From: an uncultured Gammaproteobacteria bacterium
GTDB taxonomy: Bacteria > Pseudomonadota > Gammaproteobacteria > Ga0077536
Direction of reading: 5' to 3'
Assembly: GCA_963976285.1 (NCBI GenBank)
Contig: CAXBJY010000005.1
Span: forward strand, 75,242-139,241
Length of the DNA stretch: 64,000 nucleotides
Below, piece after piece: positions 60,700-64,000 of this stretch. Under the pieces are notes generated by a model. The model was not told the origin of the DNA. It searched no databases and saw only the letters and a program-made list of their open reading frames with translations. The position numbers were made by a program, and so were the translations under genes. Each line of letters opens with the position of its first letter. Positions within the stretch are counted from its first letter, which is position 1.

Positions 60700-60992
60700 T
60701 CAGCGTCGAGGGCAAGCGGCTCAGCGTGAGCGGGCCGGCCACGATCGAGACCCATGTGACGCTGCGCGAGGAAAGCGTGGCCAGTGTTACCGATGCCGAT
60801 CTCGAGATCGATCTCGCGGGGGTCACGGATGTCGATTCGAGCGCACTCGCGCTCGTGTTTTTCTGGCAGCGCCGGGCACGGCGCATTACGCTGATGAATC
60901 CCCCGCGCAGCCTGCTCGCGCTGGCGGATTTGTACGGCGTGGTCGAATTATTGCGCGGCGAGGATCCGGCTACCGCTTCGCCGGCGCAGTGA
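60696..60992 (+). CDS. mlaB: STAS-domain protein
   Basis: IDLAGVTDVDSSALA, LADLYGV. Confidence 0.88.
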   Translation: MISVEGKRLSVSGPATIETHVTLREESVASVTDADLEIDLAGVTDVDSSALALVFFWQRRARRITLMNPPRSLLALADLYGVVELLRGEDPATASPAQ

Positions 60993-61007
60993 GCATCGCC
61001 CGCGGCG

Positions 61008-61411
61008 CTACACGCACAACAGCGTTTCGTTATTGCCGATTAGTTTCGTCGCGAGATTCGCGCTCAGGGCGACGCTGACCCCGCTTTCGGGGGCGGCGTT
61101 CGCGTGGGTCAGCACACGCAGCGATTCGCAATCGAAGGCGAGGCTCCCCGGTTCGCGGACGCGTTCACCGTGGCGCACGCGGGTACGCGGGTGAGGCAAG
61201 CGATTTCTCCGACAATATCACCGGCTTCACATTTCGACGCAGGGGTGTCGCGAATCGCAACCGACGCCTCGCCACGTTCGACGAGGTACGGCGCGGCGAC
61301 GTCGTGCCCGTCTTCGGTGAGAATCCCCCGGGAGTGAATATCCGTGACCCGGCAATCGCCGGCACATTCAGCATGCGCGTGTTCGACAGGGTCGGAAATA
61401 CGCTGTCGCAC
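61008..61411 (-). pseudogene. Degraded cyclic-nucleotide-binding domain gene
   Basis: YLVERGEASV...GDIVGEIACLT..PACATV in one frame, ...ALSANLATKL..NN* in another. Confidence 0.6.
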
Positions 61412-61936
61412 AACACCCTCTGCTCACGCGAGAGACAGGCATGCCATTTTTCGATGAGCAGGGCGATCCACTACGTCACGTTCATCAGCGTAAAGGACGT
61501 TTCCCGCAAATACCGGACACGTTCCCGGTCCGGACAACGTCGCACGCGATGCCGGTGGGTCCGGCGCCCATCGCGAGGATGCGCAGCGAGAAGATGTTGC
61601 GCATCGCCATTGACCCGATCAGCTAGACCGGGGAAATATTGCCTGCGATTCCGACGCTCGAAAGCGGATCAATCAGGGTGGTTTCGATGGTCGGCCAACG
61701 GGTTCCGTGGTCCGTATCCTTATCCGTATTATAAAGTTAGCCACCGCATGACGGGGCGCGCTTGATGATTGCGCGCGGTATTGCCGCACCGGCCCGGGTC
61801 TGCGCTCGCAGCGGCGACCGCGACGACGCGAAAACGGGCAGGTATCGCAGGCCGCGCACGGCCGTCGGAGAATGTCGATTCCGCGGTCGGCGAACCGGGC
61901 GGGTTGATCAATCGAGATGGCGAAGGAGCGAACGAA

Positions 61937-62326
61937 ATGAGTGATACGAACAGCCGCATCGTGACGCAAATGTGCGACTCCCTGCTGAGCGGGGATTTGC
62001 GCGATTGCGTGGCATATCTCAGTGAGGAGGTCGTGTACCACAACATGCCCTGGGCTCCGGTAACGGGGCACGCCGGGGTGCGCACGGTACTCGAACCGTT
62101 CATCGAAGGAGCCGATTGTGCGTTGAAGAAGATGGACATCGTGCACACGGCTGCGAGCGGCGAAGTGGTCATGAATGCGCGCCGCGAGTTGTGGCAGCGC
62201 GCCGGGGTGAGCGTCGAGTTACCGGTGGCCGGCGTGTTTATCGTGCGCGGCGGATTGATCGTGCGCTGGGAAGATTACTGGGATGCGGCAACGATGCAGC
62301 CGCTGATCGACGTGGTCATGGGGTAG
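61937..62326 (+). CDS. Limonene-1,2-epoxide hydrolase/SnoaL-like protein
   Basis: YHNMPW.P..G, VVMN.R, LPVAGVF...G.I..WEDYWD; AAGGAG RBS. Confidence 0.85.
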   Translation: MSDTNSRIVTQMCDSLLSGDLRDCVAYLSEEVVYHNMPWAPVTGHAGVRTVLEPFIEGADCALKKMDIVHTAASGEVVMNARRELWQRAGVSVELPVAGVFIVRGGLIVRWEDYWDAATMQPLIDVVMG

Positions 62327-62556
62327 GCGGCCCCGGTCTGCGATGCGTCTGCGTGCGGGATCGGCGAACGGCTGCATACGGCGGGCGGGCTCCGGGTAAC
62401 GACGTTCACGGCAGGGATCGACCCCGAACACGGTGACTCGGCGCGCCGAAATTCAGGGAGGATCCGCAGCGGTCTTCGGGGAGGCGTTTCGCGGGACGGT
62501 TATCGCGGCGGTGAAAAAATCGCTACACCGTGGTGGTCATCGGGTCCGGCGGATTG

Positions 62557-62579
62557 TATAATTGAGAATAATTCTCATT
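62557..62579 (+). promoter_or_regulatory. Fur box adjoining a -10 element
   Basis: TATAAT (62557-62562) followed by the perfect 7-1-7 palindrome TGAGAAT-A-ATTCTCA (62563-62577). Confidence 0.8.
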
Positions 62580-62598
62580 CGCATCTAAAGCGTCACCC

Positions 62599-63075
62599 AT
62601 GAATATTATTGATCTCGCCCGGTTCCGCAGAGCGCGGGCCACCGGGTCCGCCGGCATGATCCGTCCGCACCGCCCGGATGATCGCATCGTCGTCGAAACC
62701 GTTTCCGTTGCCGGTGGCGCCGCCGCGTTTGGTCACTGGGAAGTGCGCATTTTCGATCCGGCCGGGCAGTTCCATCACTATTTCGCGCTGCGCGCATTGT
62801 TGCACGTGCAATTGTGGCATCCGTTCTTCGGCGTCTCGATCCTCACGCCATCGCGCCTGACGGGATTCAACTACGAATTGTTTCCGCTGAATGAGTGGAA
62901 ATACGCCACGCCTCACTACGCCGACATCGGCGATCAGCTGCGCTCGCGGATGGGCATCCGCATGCCGGACGAAGCGCAGGTGCGGCGGGTGTGCCGCGCT
63001 TGCGTGGGCGAAGCTGCGCCGCGCGAGTCGCCACCCGTCATGCCGACCCTTAAATCCACACCGCACGTCCGATAA
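62599..63075 (+). CDS. Hypothetical protein downstream of the Fur box
   Basis: ORF with protein-like composition, His-rich core, C-terminal CxxC. Confidence 0.6.
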   Translation: MNIIDLARFRRARATGSAGMIRPHRPDDRIVVETVSVAGGAAAFGHWEVRIFDPAGQFHHYFALRALLHVQLWHPFFGVSILTPSRLTGFNYELFPLNEWKYATPHYADIGDQLRSRMGIRMPDEAQVRRVCRACVGEAAPRESPPVMPTLKSTPHVR

Positions 63076-63138
63076 CGGCGCCTGGCGCAACTGAACCATC
63101 TGCACGAGGGAGTCTTTGTATGCCGCATCAATGCATTT

Positions 63139-63423
63139 TTGAAACATATCGTCCACGACAGTGCCGACCCTGACAGCGTGCCGATCGAAGCGATTCACGC
63201 GAGCAGCATCCGGCTGATGACACAATTCATGTGTCATCCGTCGCCGGAACTCGCGCACCTCGTCATCCGCATGCTCGAAGCGCTGGCCATACATCGTGAT
63301 CGTTTCGACAGTGACGGCAGCAGCAATATCTATGCGCAGGCGGCCATGGCCTGGCAGCGGTTATTGCATGATGTTGTGCACGAACAGGCATCGCCGCCAG
63401 GTCAAACCACGATCGTGCACTGA
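63139..63423 (+). CDS. Small hypothetical protein, probably co-transcribed
   Basis: Helical ORF IRLMTQF..HP...LA..V..ML.AL..H; start uncertain. Confidence 0.55.
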   Translation: MKHIVHDSADPDSVPIEAIHASSIRLMTQFMCHPSPELAHLVIRMLEALAIHRDRFDSDGSSNIYAQAAMAWQRLLHDVVHEQASPPGQTTIVH

Positions 63424-63607
63424 CCGTGGCGCGCGGATCAGGGCGCGCCGCGATTGTGCTAACGTATCCGCCGGCCGCCAGTCGCGGCGCTGGATGCACG
63501 GTGCGGGCCGGGTCGCGGTTCGTTCGGTGCGGCGCCGGTATTTGTCGCCGCCGCGCGCGCAGCCGTGCACACATTGGCCGTTAATCGTAACCACGGGAGC
63601 ACGTCCG

Positions 63608-64000
63608 ATCAGCAATCAGCAAACGCCTGCCGGGTCCGGCACCGCGCGCGGTGAACCGCGCTTTGATCCCCGGGCCGTGCGTGATTTCTGGTTTGGCGAC
63701 GGCGCGCTCGATGATCCGGCGTATGTCGCCGAGCGCATCAATGTGTGGTTCAGGACGGATTTCGCGTTCGATGCCGAGTTGCGTGAGCAGTTCGGGGCAC
63801 TCGTCGAACATGCGCGCCGCGGGGGCTGTCACGAATGGCTCGCGGATCCGCAAAGTGCGGTGGCGCTCGTCATCGTGCTCGACCAGTTGCCGCGCAATAT
63901 CTACCGGGGCCAGGCCACCGCGTTCGCGAGCGATGCGGCAGCGCGGGACGTTGCCCGGCGCGTGCTCGACGCCGGTTCCGCCGTGGCGTCCCTCAGTCTC
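63608..64000 (+). CDS. DUF924 family protein (partial, runs off window)
   Basis: Manual translation VRDFWFG...WF....FDAELREQFG...ALVIVLDQLPRNIYRG; start codon unclear. Confidence 0.82.
   Translation, partial: MSNQQTPAGSGTARGEPRFDPRAVRDFWFGDGALDDPAYVAERINVWFRTDFAFDAELREQFGALVEHARRGGCHEWLADPQSAVALVIVLDQLPRNIYRGQATAFASDAAARDVARRVLDAGSAVASLSL

Noticed and set aside
57969-60992. mla operon lacking mlaA
   Set aside because: mlaA is commonly encoded separately, as in E. coli
61441-61626. Short plus-strand ORF
   Set aside because: No recognisable motif; lies in a decayed region
1-64000. Genome-wide reassignment of UGA or UAG
   Set aside because: Many well-conserved genes end normally at TGA (hpaD, hpaE) or TAG (glnII, hpaI); the internal UGAs occur only at Cys-equivalent redox positions
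1-64000. CRISPR array, tRNA (including selC), rRNA, intact transposase or integrase
   Set aside because: No regularly spaced repeats, cloverleaf or recognisable motifs seen by eye

Overview
High-GC, probably gammaproteobacterial chromosomal window with about 65 metabolic and accessory genes. These include CoA-transferase and crotonases, two P450s, LLM monooxygenases, a TTQ amine dehydrogenase, type II glutamine synthetase, a Mo-hydroxylase, a homoprotocatechuate (hpa) cluster and mlaFEDCB. I saw no rRNA, tRNA, CRISPR array or intact transposase. The main signal missed by the ORF track is three genes, each split by an in-frame UGA inside a redox motif and followed by a SECIS-like hairpin. They encode a GrdB/PrdB-like protein (U-P-V-C), a membrane-anchored peroxiredoxin-like protein (U-P-Y-C) and an AhpD-like protein (C-F-Y-U). 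The first two lie in one apparent operon with no canonical glycine/proline reductase partners. Other items: an amber stop inside a Ser/Thr kinase, a LanB/PEARL-like remnant, three kinds of MITE-like elements, several deletion scars, sigma54/NtrC/FNR/Fur/HpaR-like sites, and a Fur-box-controlled pair of unknown genes. All calls come from reading motifs by eye; no database search was run.
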